Of a stretch of DNA of 64,000 bases, positions 37,196 to 50,030 are shown piece by piece; positions within the stretch are counted from its first letter, which is position 1, and each line of letters begins with the position of its first letter. Location: assembly GCF_006345805.1 (NCBI RefSeq), contig NC_043006.1, positions 34,348,001 through 34,412,000 of the forward strand, read 5' to 3'. Made by a program: the position numbers and the translations under genes. Origin of the DNA: Octopus sinensis (Eukaryota). The notes beneath the pieces are model-generated. The model searched no databases. It saw only the letters and a program-made list of their open reading frames with translations, and was not told the DNA's origin.

Positions 37196-38231
37196 TGCAT
37201 ATATAAACATATACATGAGTAAACAAACACACATATATAAACATATACACACACACAAATCCATATGCACATATATGCATACACACAGACAAATATATAG
37301 GTATATACAAATATATACGCAGATGTATAAATATATAAATACCTACAGTTATACATACATGAAGAGAACAGTAATAAGATTATTAGAAAATTGCCCAAAT
37401 TGCCAAAATGATGTCTATGACAGAAATTGGTAAAAAAAAAAAAGAAAAAAACTGAAATGGCAATAGTAGTAAATGGAATGGAGTTGGGTTGGCACATAAA
37501 AGGTTATAAATGATATTGGTGATTGATCGGTGATCGGTGATTATTGTATGGGGAAAGGGGGGGAATGAAAAGAAAAAAAAAATGAAACCCACATACACAT
37601 AGGAATATTTTCATTAAAAAGCTAAGAAGAAAAGGACACTGAAGTCATTTATGGAAACAGAATTTGAAGTTGATGGGGTGGGCGGTAGGGGAACTGTTTT
37701 GTAAAGAAAGCTATTTGAGAACCAAGATGATAATGATCATATTAATAATAATAATAATAATAATAATTTCTTTTATTAACCACACGGGCATAGATGAGGA
37801 GAAAAAAATGGAAAAGATGGTGAAGCGTGATAAAAGTAGACATAGTGTACGATGTCTGTGATAACATTAATGATGCAGTCCTCTTGATGTAGCAGAAACT
37901 CCAGCTAGAGCCAATCAAGGAATCCTACAGATCCATGATTACCTTGACCACTAATGGTACAAGCCCTCCCTCTGATCTACAGGCGTATAGAGTAGAGCCA
38001 TTCACTCTATCCATTTTTGCCTCAGTCACCCATCTTTTCATAAATTCACTGGGTGGTAGTACTTCTCTTTAAAAGAGTCATTGGGAGCTTGATTGAAGAG
38101 GTGGGTGTCTTTCTTCAATCCTTTCAGCCTGATCCACCACACAACCTCTTTCGCCATAAAACAGAGGAACATTGCTTACCCTTCCTTGTTAAAGGTAGAG
38201 TAGTTGGGATAGTCAGATAAATAACAACAAC

Positions 38232-38267
<36 letters not shown>

Positions 38268-39743
38268 TCCAAATTTGTACATAAGGCCAGCAATTTTAAA
38301 GGAACAGGGTAAGTCGATTACATTGACCCCAGTCCTCAACTGGTACTTATTTTATTGACCCCAAAAGGATGAAAGGCAAAGCTGACCTTGGCAGAATTTG
38401 AACTCAAAACATAAAGAGTCCGAAGAAGAAATGCTGCTAAGCATTTTACCTGACTTGCTAATGAACTTACAGTAGGCTTACCATCTTTAACTGCTTCAAG
38501 TTGTGATTCAGAAGCAAACTTCTTGCCACAGAGCTACACCTGCAACCCATATAAACACACACACACCTGCCAATACTGCCAAAAGACAGTGCTGCACACA
38601 CTCAGTAACATGCATGTGCACCTGTTGGTATAAGAGAAATCATCATCATTATCATCATCATCATCATGATTTAACGTCTGTTGTCCATGCTGGCATGGGT
38701 TGAACGGTTTGCGCAGAACTGGCAAGCTTGGGAGCTGCACCAGACTCCAGCCTGAAACTAGTATAAAATTACAATGAGTATGATAATGTTTCCTGACTTA
38801 GACACAAGGCCATCAATTTTGAAGGGCATAGATTAGCTAATACTGTCAACTTTGGTACTTGATTGGTACTGTATTTTAAAAACCCTGGAGGCATGACAAG
38901 CTAAGTTGACCTTGGTGTGAGTTGAACACAGAATACAAAGAGTCATATTAAAAACTACAAGGCATTCTGTATGGCAGTCTGGCACTCCGTTGGTTATAAT
39001 AATGAGCGCTCCAGTCACTCTAGTCAACAGAACAGCCTGCTTGTGAAATTAACATGCAAGTGGCTGAGTACTCTACAGACATGCGTACATTTAATGTAGT
39101 TTTCAAGGAGGTTTAGCATGACACAGAATGAAATAAAGCTGGCCCTACTCATTTTTGCCAGCCGAGTGGACTGGCGCAATGTGAAATAAAGTGTCTTGCT
39201 CAAGGACAGAACATGCTGGCAGGTAAACTCAAGACCTTACAACCATGTGCCAAATACCTGAACAATCAAGCCATGCACCTTCAACAATGGCACTAACGAT
39301 TCTTCCATTTATCACCACTATCGTCATCAACATCATCATTTAACACCTGCTTTTCATGCTGGTATGGGTTGGATTGCTTGACTGGAGCTGGCAAGCTGGG
39401 AGTAGGGTGGGGTGGCTCCAGTCTGATTTCACCTGGTCTCCACGGATGGATGCCTTTCCTGATGTCAACCACTTTACAGAGTGTGCTGGGTGCTTTTACA
39501 TAACACTGCACAAGCATTTTATGTGGCACCGGCACATTACTCTTGCTAGCCAATCCTCTTCACCAGGGGAAGGGGCCTTAACACTTCTGTTGTGGAGAAC
39601 GGGTTTTCTTGAGTACCCTCAATTCCACAGCAGAAGCATTAAGGGTACAAAAAATAATTTCTAATTTTTGCACGAGACCAGTAATTCGGAGGGAAAAGGT
39701 GAGTTAATTAAATTTATCTGAGTGCTTGACTGGTACTTTATTT

Positions 39744-39972
39744 CAAGGCTGTGGAGTCAAGAGTCAGTAAAACTATACTGACTCTGATTCCGACTCACAA
39801 TATCTTTATTATTTAATATAAACCAGTTATATGCTTTATGAGATATGTTGACCACAATCACTTAATTACATTAAGAGCAGTCAGAGGTGCCAATAGTAGA
39901 GGAGTCGGAGTCAGAGGTGCCAACAGCAGAGGAGTCAAAGTCAAACTTTTTTGCTTCGAGTCCACATCTCTG
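39744..39972. mobile_element. hAT-like MITE inserted into a family B SINE
   Basis: Termini CAAGGCTGTGGAGTC / GAGTCCACATCTCTG, TSD CTTTATTT / CTTTATTC (7 of 8 match), and two internal 30-bp direct repeats. Confidence 0.7.
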
Positions 39973-41118
39973 CTTTATTCCAATGACCTCAGAAGCATGA
40001 GGTGCAAAGCTGACTTCAGTAAGATTCGAACTCACAACGTAAACAGCCAGAAACAAATATTGCAATGCATTTTTCCAACCATTAAAGATTCTGCCCATCC
40101 ACTGCCCTAAACTGATGATAGATATTAACAGCAATAAAAATAACATCTAACTTGGGTACAAAGGGTTATATACTTGGGAGGAGAAGGGAACAGCTGATTA
40201 TGTGAACAGTGATATTAAAATAGTATTCATCTTATCAACAGATCTTGTTAAGCACCAGTTTTAGAGACAAAAAAAATCCTCTGGTGCTTATGCCTAATAT
40301 CTTTAGTGCTGTGCGTGTATGTGTGTGTGTGTATCCCCATGCCTCTTCCTCTTTTCTTGCCCATACTCATCTTTTTGTATTGCTTAAGCAGTTTTTCTTG
40401 CCTTATTTTTTTGTTGTTGTACTCTCTCATTCTCTCTACTACAATATCAACACACACACGTATACTATCAAACTGTTTAACAATTACTTTGACATGAAAC
40501 TCTGGATCCTTAAGTCACATACGGAGCATAACTAACAAACAACACACACACATGTAGGTGTATATATGACTAGGATGAACAGGATCTATCATTCCCCTCT
40601 TTCCCTATGTCAGCATCTCCACTCCCAATTGCACCCCCCGCCACACACACACATTCCCCCCCATCATCTCGTTTTAACTTTATTTGCTTCCCACTCTTAC
40701 TCTCACATAACGATGACTCAATGTTGCAAACCAAAAGATAGATACGACAAGCTAAGAAGCAAGAAACACACAACACTGTGCACAGGAAAAGCACACATGC
40801 ACACACAACTACATGGATGCATACATACATTGACATCTTATCTGTGTGACAAGATTTTCTATATATAGTTTTAAAAAAATATGATACTATCTCAAGGTGG
40901 TTCTCTTTGGAGTTAATTATTCAATGGAGTTTAGTCTTCAGAAAAGGGTAAAAAAAAAAAAAAATCAAAATTCTTCACATTACTATTTCACTTTGTGAAT
41001 CAATGTCTCAGAATAGAAGAGACCACTAAGTACACACAAAACAAGGAGGCTTCATGTGGTAACGCTACAAGCAAGAAATAGCAGCCAAAATCAATAACTC
41101 TGTGCAAGCACAAAGTCT

Positions 41119-42003
41119 GGATCTTTTCGCTTTGACCAGCAGATTTTTAAAATAATTTCTTTGTAACTAAACATTTTAAAACTTCGTATACTGGTAGAAC
41201 GTGTTTATAAAACATCTTTTTCTCTTGGCTTTCTTGAGAAAATTCTGTAGTTTGTAAGCTATTTGTTGTTTAATTTCTTGCATTTCAGCAATTTCAACCA
41301 ATCAATGACGAGGTGAATACAATCTCTCCAAATCTTTGTCAACATCAATTATTTGCAGTGTCATATGAATTTGTCACTGTTATTTATAACATATTTCATA
41401 TCAGTTACGTTCGTATGAGTAAAAGATTATCGTTATAAAACTTTTATTAATAAACACATATTCTAAGTTCACAACATATGCAGTTTTAATTTCCCTCTCT
41501 GTTGCACAGATACACGCATTACATATTATATATTCGTTTAAGAAACAGATTGGGTTTATTTACATTTCTGAAGAAAAAAAGATACCCTCCCCCCACCCAC
41601 CCTAAAACAGATTGAAATGCAATAGATCGATACTAGGGTCATAATTATGGGTGGACACTAAAGAGGGAACGGTTTTGTTATCCAGCTCTGTTTATGAGTG
41701 ACCCCTCAGTTTATGGCCACAGGGTATCTTTTTTCTCATAAATAACAGCGACAAATTCATATGACACCACAAATAATTGTTGTTGACAAAGATTCGGAGA
41801 GATTGTATTCACCTCAATAGACATCACTGATCGGTTGAAATTGCCGAAATGCAAGAAATTAAACAACAAATAGCTTACAAACTACAGAATTTTCTCAAGA
41901 AAGCCAAGAGAAAAAGATGTTTTATAAACAGTATATGAAGTTTTAAAATGTTTTGTTACAAAGAAATTATTTTAAAAATCTGCCGGTCAAAGCAAAAAGA
42001 TCC
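41119..42003. mobile_element. Non-autonomous DNA transposon with ~270-bp TIRs, GG termini and 8-bp TSD (probably Merlin-type)
   Basis: Starts GGATCTTTTCG and ends AAAAGATCC. Perfect TSD CAAAGTCT at 41111-41118 and 42004-42011. Confidence 0.85.
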
Positions 42004-42120
42004 CAAAGTCTTTGATCATACGTTTTAAAATTTGCCTCCGACCCCTTTTCAATGATTCTGATGTTCTTTAGTTAAAAAGGTCTCTGAGAAACAGGCATGA
42101 AATCACAAAGTTTGATTTAA

Positions 42121-42300
42121 CCGTTTAGTATTTAAAATGGCCATATCTGGCCAAAATATTCCACTCATTTTATATTGAAACTGGCCATATCCAGCCTCTT
42201 GCACCTACTCTGCAATGTCAGTGTAAAAAATAATAATCCCATCATTGAGATCTCGAAACCACAATATAATGCATGATTAATTTAAAACAATGTGAACGGG
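42121..42300. mobile_element. Partial TTAA-flanked MITE related in reverse orientation to 4680-4790
   Basis: TTAA-CCGTTTAG start, with shared GGCCATATCTGGCCAAAATATT...CATATCCAGCCTCT sequence. Confidence 0.5.
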
Positions 42301-42399
42301 CATAGCTTGACTCAATCACACTTGGAATATAAATATACATCTGATGTTTGCATTTAAAATGTGATTGAGTTAGGGAAGCATATGGCTATACAGACATCC

Positions 42400-42887
42400 T
42401 ATACAGACTATACAGACATTCATACATTCATAAAAGAGCTTTCTGAAGTTCAAAATGTGAATTTGTTTCTGTTATCTTCATGCCAAAGATGAAGCTTTGT
42501 ATCATTGTTAGAACCCAGCTCCTTCCTTATTTGAGAGTGAATTGTACTCATCTTATATGTCTGTGTCCTCATCTGTTTTTAATTATTTGAAATCTTCTTG
42601 TAATATCATTGCTTGATTGTTCCTTTAAACATGATTCACACGGATGTGGCAACAATGGGCACTTCTTAGAGCAAGTGTTCAGAGAGCTTACTACCCATGA
42701 TGACACATGCTTGCATTTGATCCTGGAATTTTTCATTGAATGTGTTGCCTGTTTTGGTTATAAGTAGAGTTGTTAAAAAAAATCCGAGTGATACTTGTAC
42801 CAGGAGCTTTTTAAGCTTCTTAAAGTGCAGAAAGGCTTTGCAAAGAGCCAATTCCACTGCTCTAAACAAGGCATGCATTTGCCCCAA
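42400..42887 (-). pseudogene. Possible decayed LINE reverse-transcriptase fragment
   Basis: LCKAF...EKFQDQMQACVIMGSKLSE loosely matches RTE RT DLxKAFD...FHDGMQARV...SE. Heavily degraded. Confidence 0.3.
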
Positions 42888-42896
42888 AAGAACTAG

Positions 42897-43200
42897 TCAA
42901 AAAGTAATGCCATTTTGTTTAGGACAGTTATAATTACCAACACAGGAACAGGTATCATACATCAAAATGAAGCTGGTCCTCTGTGGATCACATCTCCACT
43001 TCTCAACATAGTCACCATTTCTCTCAATAGCAATGTTCTGCCTTTGAATGAGAGCATGTATCCTTGCCCCGTAAAATTCTGTTTTCTTCACTACAGTTTT
43101 CACTTCCTCGTCACTGGAATAATGTTTGCCTCTCAAACTGTCTTTCACGGGGCCCGAAGAGATGATAGTCCATTGACGAGGAAGTGAAAACTTCCTAAGG
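42897..43200 (-). pseudogene. Mariner (DD34D-type) transposase C-terminal fragment
   Basis: KDSLRGKHYSSDEEVKTVV...FYGARIHALIQRQNIAIERNGDYVEK matches the mariner ending LRG-F-S-EEVK...FY-GI-L-RW-C-GDYVEK. Confidence 0.8.
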
Positions 43201-43212
43201 TATTTTTCGATG

Positions 43213-43375
43213 TTATTATTATTATTATTATTCAGGTCACTGCCTGGAATCGAACTTGGAATCTTGGTGTTAGTAGCCTGTGCTCTTAACCACAGTGGTT
43301 AAGAGTGTGGGCTACTAACCCCAAGATTCCGAGTTCGAGTCCAGTCAGTAACCTGAATGATAATAATAATAATAA
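43213..43375. repeat. Palindrome made of two head-to-head tRNA-like SINE fragments
   Basis: 81-bp arms centred on 43294. The right arm GTGGTTAAGAG...CTACTAACCCCAAGATTCCGAGTTCGAGTCC has a tRNA-like A-box end and a B-box. Confidence 0.85.
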
Positions 43376-43478
43376 TAATTAATAATACTAATAATTAATA
43401 ATGATGATGATGATGATAATAATAACAACATTGAAAAATACATTAGGAATGAGAACCCAGGTTTGAAATTTCCCCCAA

Positions 43479-43524
43479 GACACCTGATGAAGGCTGGAGG
43501 GTATATCAGTTGAAACATTGCATC
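43479..43524 (+). ncRNA. Degenerate minimal hammerhead-ribozyme-like motif
   Basis: GACAC-CTGATGA-A-GGCTG(GAGGGTATAT)CAGTT-GAAAC-ATT-GCATC. Core boxes are intact and helix II forms with G:U pairs, but helices I and III are decayed. Confidence 0.5.
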
Positions 43525-44270
43525 AAAAACAAACAAGATGCAGACAAATATCCGTCAAATGTAAATAATGTATATAAGCATTCTATTTGATGGAGTAATC
43601 TGAATACTAAAAAGTTAAATATGGATCACACACATATATATACAAATATATATACATATATACACAGATAAATTTGTTTCATCACATATTTAAAGATTTT
43701 ATATCATCACAGAACCTACAGATCCTCCCACTTTCACTGTTAACTATCTTCTCACTTTTTCCCTCTCTTTTCCTTTCTTTCTTGCTTTTCACAATTAACT
43801 CTACCGATATTACATGTTTCACAGGCTACACACACACACACAACTGCTCACAAGTGTCTCCCACACTTATCACATTTAACGCTACTGACATTACACATTT
43901 CAAATAATATATCACAGATCCGATCACACTCCTCATCATATGGCCTCACTACCTCCCACATTGAAGTTTTTAACACTCTATGTCAAATATTTTAATTGCG
44001 TCATTACAGAACGTACAATCACTTCCATCAAACATTTTTTCATTTGATCTGCTCATTAACAGAAGACGGGGGAGTTAGTTATTTCACTCCTTACATCTAC
44101 GTTTCTATCAATAATGATTTGTTGATAGATATTTTCTGCTCCTTCCAGTCTTCCATAAGAAGAGTTGAACTGAACACTGAAAACTAGCAAAACACTTGCG
44201 GCCACAACTTATTATGGTGAATCAATACACAACAAGAAGTACATTGGTAGAATAGTTAAAACAGTTTTTA

Positions 44271-44755
44271 TCTACCAAATACACCCACACGGCTTTGGTC
44301 AACTCAAAGCTATAGAAAAAGACACTTGCCCAACGTGCCACAACACAGATGCGCCAACGAAGAAGCCTCTATGAGGTCACACAATCTGCTAAAGATAGCA
44401 AATAATTTCCTTCAAACCACGACTATCATCTTTAAAAAAAAAACAAAGTGCTGGATAACCTAATCCTTGACACATTGTCAGAAAATAATACAGGATGGTC
44501 AGAATTGGAATAGGTCTTCTTGTTCAGCTGATATGAGATGTGCGCAAGCATCTTTTTTTCTCAATGACATTGTGGATGAGTGACGACATCACATTTTACT
44601 CTCAAGAAACAATCAGACAATAATAATAATAAACCATTGTGGTGTTGCCATGATGGTTTGTTATTACTTCTGACTGATTTTTGTTTGTGTTGAGTTCCAA
44701 AGAGAGAGAGAGAGAAAACCGTCAAAACTAGAGAGAATTGTACAAGGATAGAATT
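44271..44755 (+). repeat. Local ~480-bp duplication, copy 1
   Basis: Colinear with 55585-56045 across a family A/family E junction and following non-SINE sequence. Confidence 0.9.
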
Positions 44756-45021
44756 AATTTTGTAATGATAGCTCTGATTGGGAGAGGTGTTCAGCTGAAC
44801 CACAGCTAGTTGTCTGATACCCAATCACTGTGGCCATCTCTCCTCCCACTCTCTCTTTCATGGGTACATTATATAAGGGTGAGTAGGAGTAGCAGGTGGT
44901 AAAGATGGTAAAGACGAGTTAACTTTCAAAAAATTCAGACCACCTCTTGTTGTAAGATGGTGCCCAAGAAACTTCTTAGTTTTATTTATTTATTTATTTA
45001 TTTTAATATCATTCACCTCTC

Positions 45022-45385
45022 AGGGCAGCAAGCTGGCAGAATCATTAGCACGCCGGGTGAAATGCATAGCCGCATTTCGTCTGCCGTTACGTTCTGAGTT
45101 CAAATTCCACTGTGGTCGACTTTGCCTTTCATCCTTTCGGGGTCGATATATTAAGTACCAGTTACGCACTGGGGTCGATATAATCGACTTAATCCGTTTG
45201 TCTGTCCTTGTTTGTCTCCTCTGTGTTTAGCCCCTTGTGGGTAGTAAAGAAATAGGTATTTTGTCTGCCATTACGTTCTGAGTTCAAATTCCACCGAGGT
45301 TGACTTTGCCTTTCACTGGAGGTCAATCTAATCAACTGCCCCGCCTCCCCTAGAATTTCAGGCCTTGTGCCTAGACTCGAAAAGA
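45022..45385 (+). mobile_element. Dimeric family B SINE
   Basis: Two tandem GTTCTGAGTTCAAATTCC...GACTTTGCCTTTCA units. Confidence 0.8.
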
Positions 45386-46364
45386 ATATTAATACATAGT
45401 CTACAGAGGCATGCATTTTCTCCAAGACTTCTCCTTCCTATCCACCTCTCTTTAGATTAAAACAATGAATGGCTAACCTTCATGTCAAACTTTCACATGT
45501 AAGAGAGTTAAGCCAGCTGTAGGACGTCTGGTTAAGTTGGCAGCTTAGCAAAGGTAAAGAAACCTTACAGAGAACAGAATGTGTGTGTGTGTGTTTGTGT
45601 GAGGTGGAGGGCAGTGGGCAGGTGAATTACATAGCTACTGACTGACATAATCAGATTAAGAAAGGCTAATATTGACTCATAGCCAGTATGAGGAGGTCAC
45701 TTGACCTTCTACTTTAAGCAATAAGCAAATACTACTACTACTATGACTACTACTTCTACCATCACTACCACTACTACTACTAACAACAACAACAGTGAAA
45801 ATATCCTCATAATTATAGTAATAATTTCTTAGGTTGGCTGAAAGCCAGACATTTGTAAGGGGTGCATCTAACCAATTAAATCAATCCTAGTGAAATACTG
45901 AATGGATTTACACTAGTAAATCCATGGACCCTGAAAGTATGAAAGTGAAATTGACTGTGGCAGGATTTGAACTCAGAACACAACTACATAGATGTTTAAA
46001 TAGGCTGCTGTAACATTTATGCTATCCTCCTCCTCCTCTGCTGCCGCCACCACCACCAGTCTCTTTTTCTACTGGGACATATCCTACTCTTTGGAAATAT
46101 GCTTCAGCCTGTCCCATTCCCAAGAAAGGCTACTCTTATAACCCTTCTCTCACACTCACTTCGAATATCTCAAAGATAATTCAAATAACTACAAACAGCA
46201 ACCTTTGACAACCAGACTATACATCTATGTACATGGGTTTTAGGTATGTATGTATGTATGTATGCATGTATGTGTGTATGTATGTATATATGTATGTATG
46301 TATGCATGTATGTATGTATGTATGTATGCATGTGTGTATGTGCATGTGTATGTATGTATATATT

Positions 46365-46590
46365 TCTTAATTGCCCACAGGGGGCTAAACAGAGGGGACA
46401 AACAAGGACAGACAAAGCAATTAAGTCGATTACATTGACCTCAGTGATTAACTGGTACTTATTTAATCGACCCCAAAAGGATGAAAGGCGAAGTCGACCT
46501 TGGCTGAAATTGAACTCAGAATCTAACAGCAGACAAAATACTGCTAGGCATTTCGCCTGGCATGCTAACGTTTCTGCCAGCTCGCCGCCT
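46365..46590 (-). mobile_element. Family B SINE
   Basis: Reverse-complement copy between (TATG)n tracts. Confidence 0.8.
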
Positions 46591-47254
46591 TGTATGTATG
46601 TATACGTGTGTATGTGAGTGTATGTATGTGATAGACCATTCCTTTCTTTTGCTGGGCTCAAATTTCATTTGCGAACCCATGGAAAACGAACCTCCACCAA
46701 CTATTCTGCCTACATGTCTGTGCACACCTTTGTATGCAGCGTATGCAAATCTAACGGAGGCCTTAAAAGGTATTTTAAGATTCATAAAAATCAGAACTTA
46801 TCTGTAGCACTTGGTGGTCTAAGTTGGATGTGCAATCTATGCGGAGGTGTCTTTCCAGAACATTGCCTGGTTTAAAAAGTCACATCAGATGTCATGATGG
46901 TTCTTGGGTGTAGGTAGAGGAGGTGGTCAAACTCTGCATAAGGAGTAGACAACCACCAGGCATGCATGTATGTATGCATGTGTGTGTGTATGCCCTTTGT
47001 GTATGTATGTAAGTATGTGTATGCCCTTTGTGTGCTTTTAAGCTATCTGTGTAATTTGTTAAATTTTCAAATTAGAAAACAAAATGTGAGGAAACAAATA
47101 ATGCTTGGATCAAAAAAAGAAGAAAAAAAACAAAAAGAAAACCGAAAAAGAAAAAGACAGTTTACTGAATTCATAGAATATGGTTTAAGTTTTTGCAGGC
47201 TAAGTAGAACTGAGGTGTGATAAAACAGGTAGAAACGTCACTTATGACATTATT

Positions 47255-47657
47255 CTCTCTTTACTCTTTTACTTGTTTCAGTCATTTGACTGCGGCCATG
47301 CTGGAGCACCGCCTTTAGTCGAGCAAATCGACCCCGGGATTTATTTTTTGTAAGCCCAGTACTTATTCTATTGGTCTCTTTTGCTGAATCGCTAAGTGAC
47401 GGAGACGTAAACACACCAGCATCGGTTGTCAAGCAATGCTAGGGGGACAAACACACACACAAACACACACATACATATATATACATATATACGACAGGCT
47501 TCTTTCAGTTTCCGTCTACCAAATCCACTCACAAGGCATTGGTCGGCCCGGGGCTATAGCAGAAGACACTTGCCCAAGATGCCATGCAGTGGGACTGAAC
47601 CCGGAACCATGTGGTTAGCTAGCAAGCTACTTAACACACAGCCACTCCTGCGCCTAT
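47255..47657 (-). mobile_element. Family A SINE
   Basis: Full-length, CpG-retaining copy. Confidence 0.85.
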
Positions 47658-48094
47658 ATTGGAGATAATGAAAGTGAAACACTAATTTTTGATTGCGTTC
47701 TCTACTCACTGCGAATGAAGTAATCTTAATGAGTGGATTAACAGCCAATAGTAGAGTTTATAGGGCTGTTCGAAATGCTAGAAAAAATAGCCAAATCTTC
47801 CTCAAGTCATCCTAAAATCTTTAAAAATAAAGACAGAACACACAAACAATGATGTTGTTGATATACGAACAGGATGGAGTGTCTTCGATTACAAGCTTGA
47901 CCCGGAGTTGAACAAATTCAGGTAAAATATCGGGCCAATAGCGCAGCATCTATGCAGTCACGCGACTTTCTAGAAATGGCAGACAAATCTCTCCAAACCT
48001 TACCTTGCCTTCTGAAAAATGAAAGGTACGTTCGAAATTGCAGTGTTGTGTTTGTATGTGCAAATAGGCAAGTATAAATAATCTAGATTTTATT

Positions 48095-48127
<33 letters not shown>

Positions 48128-48428
48128 GTGGCACGTAAAAAGCACCATCTGATCGTGGCCGTTGCCAGCCTCGCCTGGCCCCCGTGCCGGTGGCACGTAA
48201 AAAGCACCATCCGATCGTGGCCGTTTGCCAGCCTTGTCTGGCACCTGTGCCGGTGGCACGTAAAAAGCACCCACTATACTCACGGAGTGGTTGGTGTTAG
48301 GAAGGGCATCCAGCCGTAGAAACATTGCCAGATCAGACTGGGCCTGGTGCAGCCTTCTGGCTTCCCAGACCCCAGTTGAACCGTCCAACCCATGCTAGCA
48401 TGGAAAACGGACGCTAAACGATGATGAT
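48128..48428 (+). mobile_element. Family C SINE with internal ~62-bp tandem units
   Basis: GTGGCACGTAAAAAGCACC occurs three times, followed by GGTGTTAGGAAGGGCATCCAGCCGTAGAAAC and tail GGAAAACGGACGCTAAACGATGATG. Confidence 0.85.
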
Positions 48429-48744
48429 ATATATATATATATATATAGTGAGAGAAGACACAACTCTCTTCGCAACGGCATGTGGACCGTTAAGCGAAAA
48501 TAGTTGACCGAAAAAGAACAGATCAAATACCTGCACGAATTAACAATTGACTGTATTATATGCAAATAGCAAAATAAGCTTATATTGTTGTGCTTAATTG
48601 GAATATTATAATTTGGGTGTGCGCCTGTCTCATGCCTACAATCTAAAAACATTTGTTGGCATTGTATAACACAATTTAATAATGTAAAATTATTTGAATA
48701 AAACCTAACACGATTTTTCTTTGATATAAAAAGGAAAAAAAAAA

Positions 48745-49108
48745 GGCTGTATGGTAAGAAGCTTGCTTACCAACCACATGGTTCCAAGTTCAATCTCACT
48801 GCATGGCACCTTGAGCAAGTGTCTTCTATTATATAGCCTTGGGTTGACCAAAGCCTTGTGAGTGGATTTGGTAGATGGAAACTGAAAGATGCCCGTCTTA
48901 TATATGTGCGTTGCCCCCACCACCACCATCGCTTGACAACCGATGTTGGTGAGTTTACGTCCCCGTAACCTAGCGGTTCGCCAAAAGATAACGATAGAAT
49001 TAAGTACCAGGCTTCCAAAGAATGAGTCCTGGCATCGATTTATTCGACTAAAGGCGGTGCTCCAGCATGGCCGCAGTCAAATGACTGAAACAATTAAAAG
49101 AGTAAAAG
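48745..49108 (+). mobile_element. Family A SINE
   Basis: Head, Meta-like block and tail AAAAGAGTAAAAGAA. Confidence 0.8.
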
Positions 49109-49539
49109 AATATTGCAGAATTGTAAGTTCCTGTGTTTAAGCTAGAAATCCGAAGAAATTTTAGAAAAGAAAAAAAAATTATAAAACAACAAAAAATTAC
49201 GGCTGTGTATGCTTCATTCCGAAACTTTTCCCGCTCAGCCGTCTAACTGGCTGCATATCGGTAAATGCAAAACAGAACCATGTGTGGCAGCAGTGATATG
49301 GTACAGAAATGTTTGGGTTAAAACGTGCTAATTTCCACTTATTCTGTGCGTTTATCTTGGAAATAGATACACCTCCAGATTTGTTGACAATTAGCTCTAA
49401 ACGAACTGCTGCTGCTGTTGTTGTTGTCGTCTAGCCTTGATCGAGTAAACAAACCTATGACCAAAAACATTTCAGCTGAGCAGACAACTACGTAATGTAA
49501 TGTTCTCTTTTTTTTTTTTTAAGGAACAGAAAAAAAAAG

Positions 49540-50030
49540 GGATCTTTTCGGTTTGAACGGCAGTTTTTAACATAATTTCTAGGTAACTAAAAAATATGCC
49601 GTTTCTCTTCTTTACAAAAAGTGGATCTTTTCGGTTTGAACGGCAGTTTTGTAAAATAGTTTCCACGTAACTAAACACTTTTAAACTTCGTATACTGGTA
49701 GAATGTGTTTACAAAACATCTTTTTCTCTTGGCTTTATTGAGAAAATTCTATGGTTTGTAAGATATTTGTTGCTGTTTTTCCTTAAATTTCTGCAATTTC
49801 AACCAATCAATGACGTGTATTGAGGTAAAAAACATTCTGTGCCGTATGAATATGTCCCTCGTTTAAGAAACAGATTGGGTTTATTTACATTTGTGAAGAA
49901 AAAAAGATACACTTCCCCCTAACCCTAAAACAGATTGAAATGCAATAGATCGATACTAGGGTCATAATTATGGGTGACAATTTCATATGACACCGCTAGA
50001 AAGAAACTGCCGTTCAAACCGAAAAGATCC
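49540..50030. mobile_element. Second member of the GG-terminal, 8-bp-TSD family, with a duplicated left end
   Basis: 27-bp TIR GGATCTTTTCGGTTTGAACGGCAGTTT at 49540 and again at 49623, with AAACTGCCGTTCAAACCGAAAAGATCC ending at 50030. TSD AAAAAAAG at 49532-49539 and 50031-50038. Confidence 0.85.

Noticed and set aside
43295-43350. Possible tRNA gene
   Set aside because: It lacks the 5' acceptor stem and most of the A box, and is part of a palindromic SINE-derived insert.
49917-49928. CCCTAACCCTAA telomere-like motif
   Set aside because: Only two units, lying inside a MITE.
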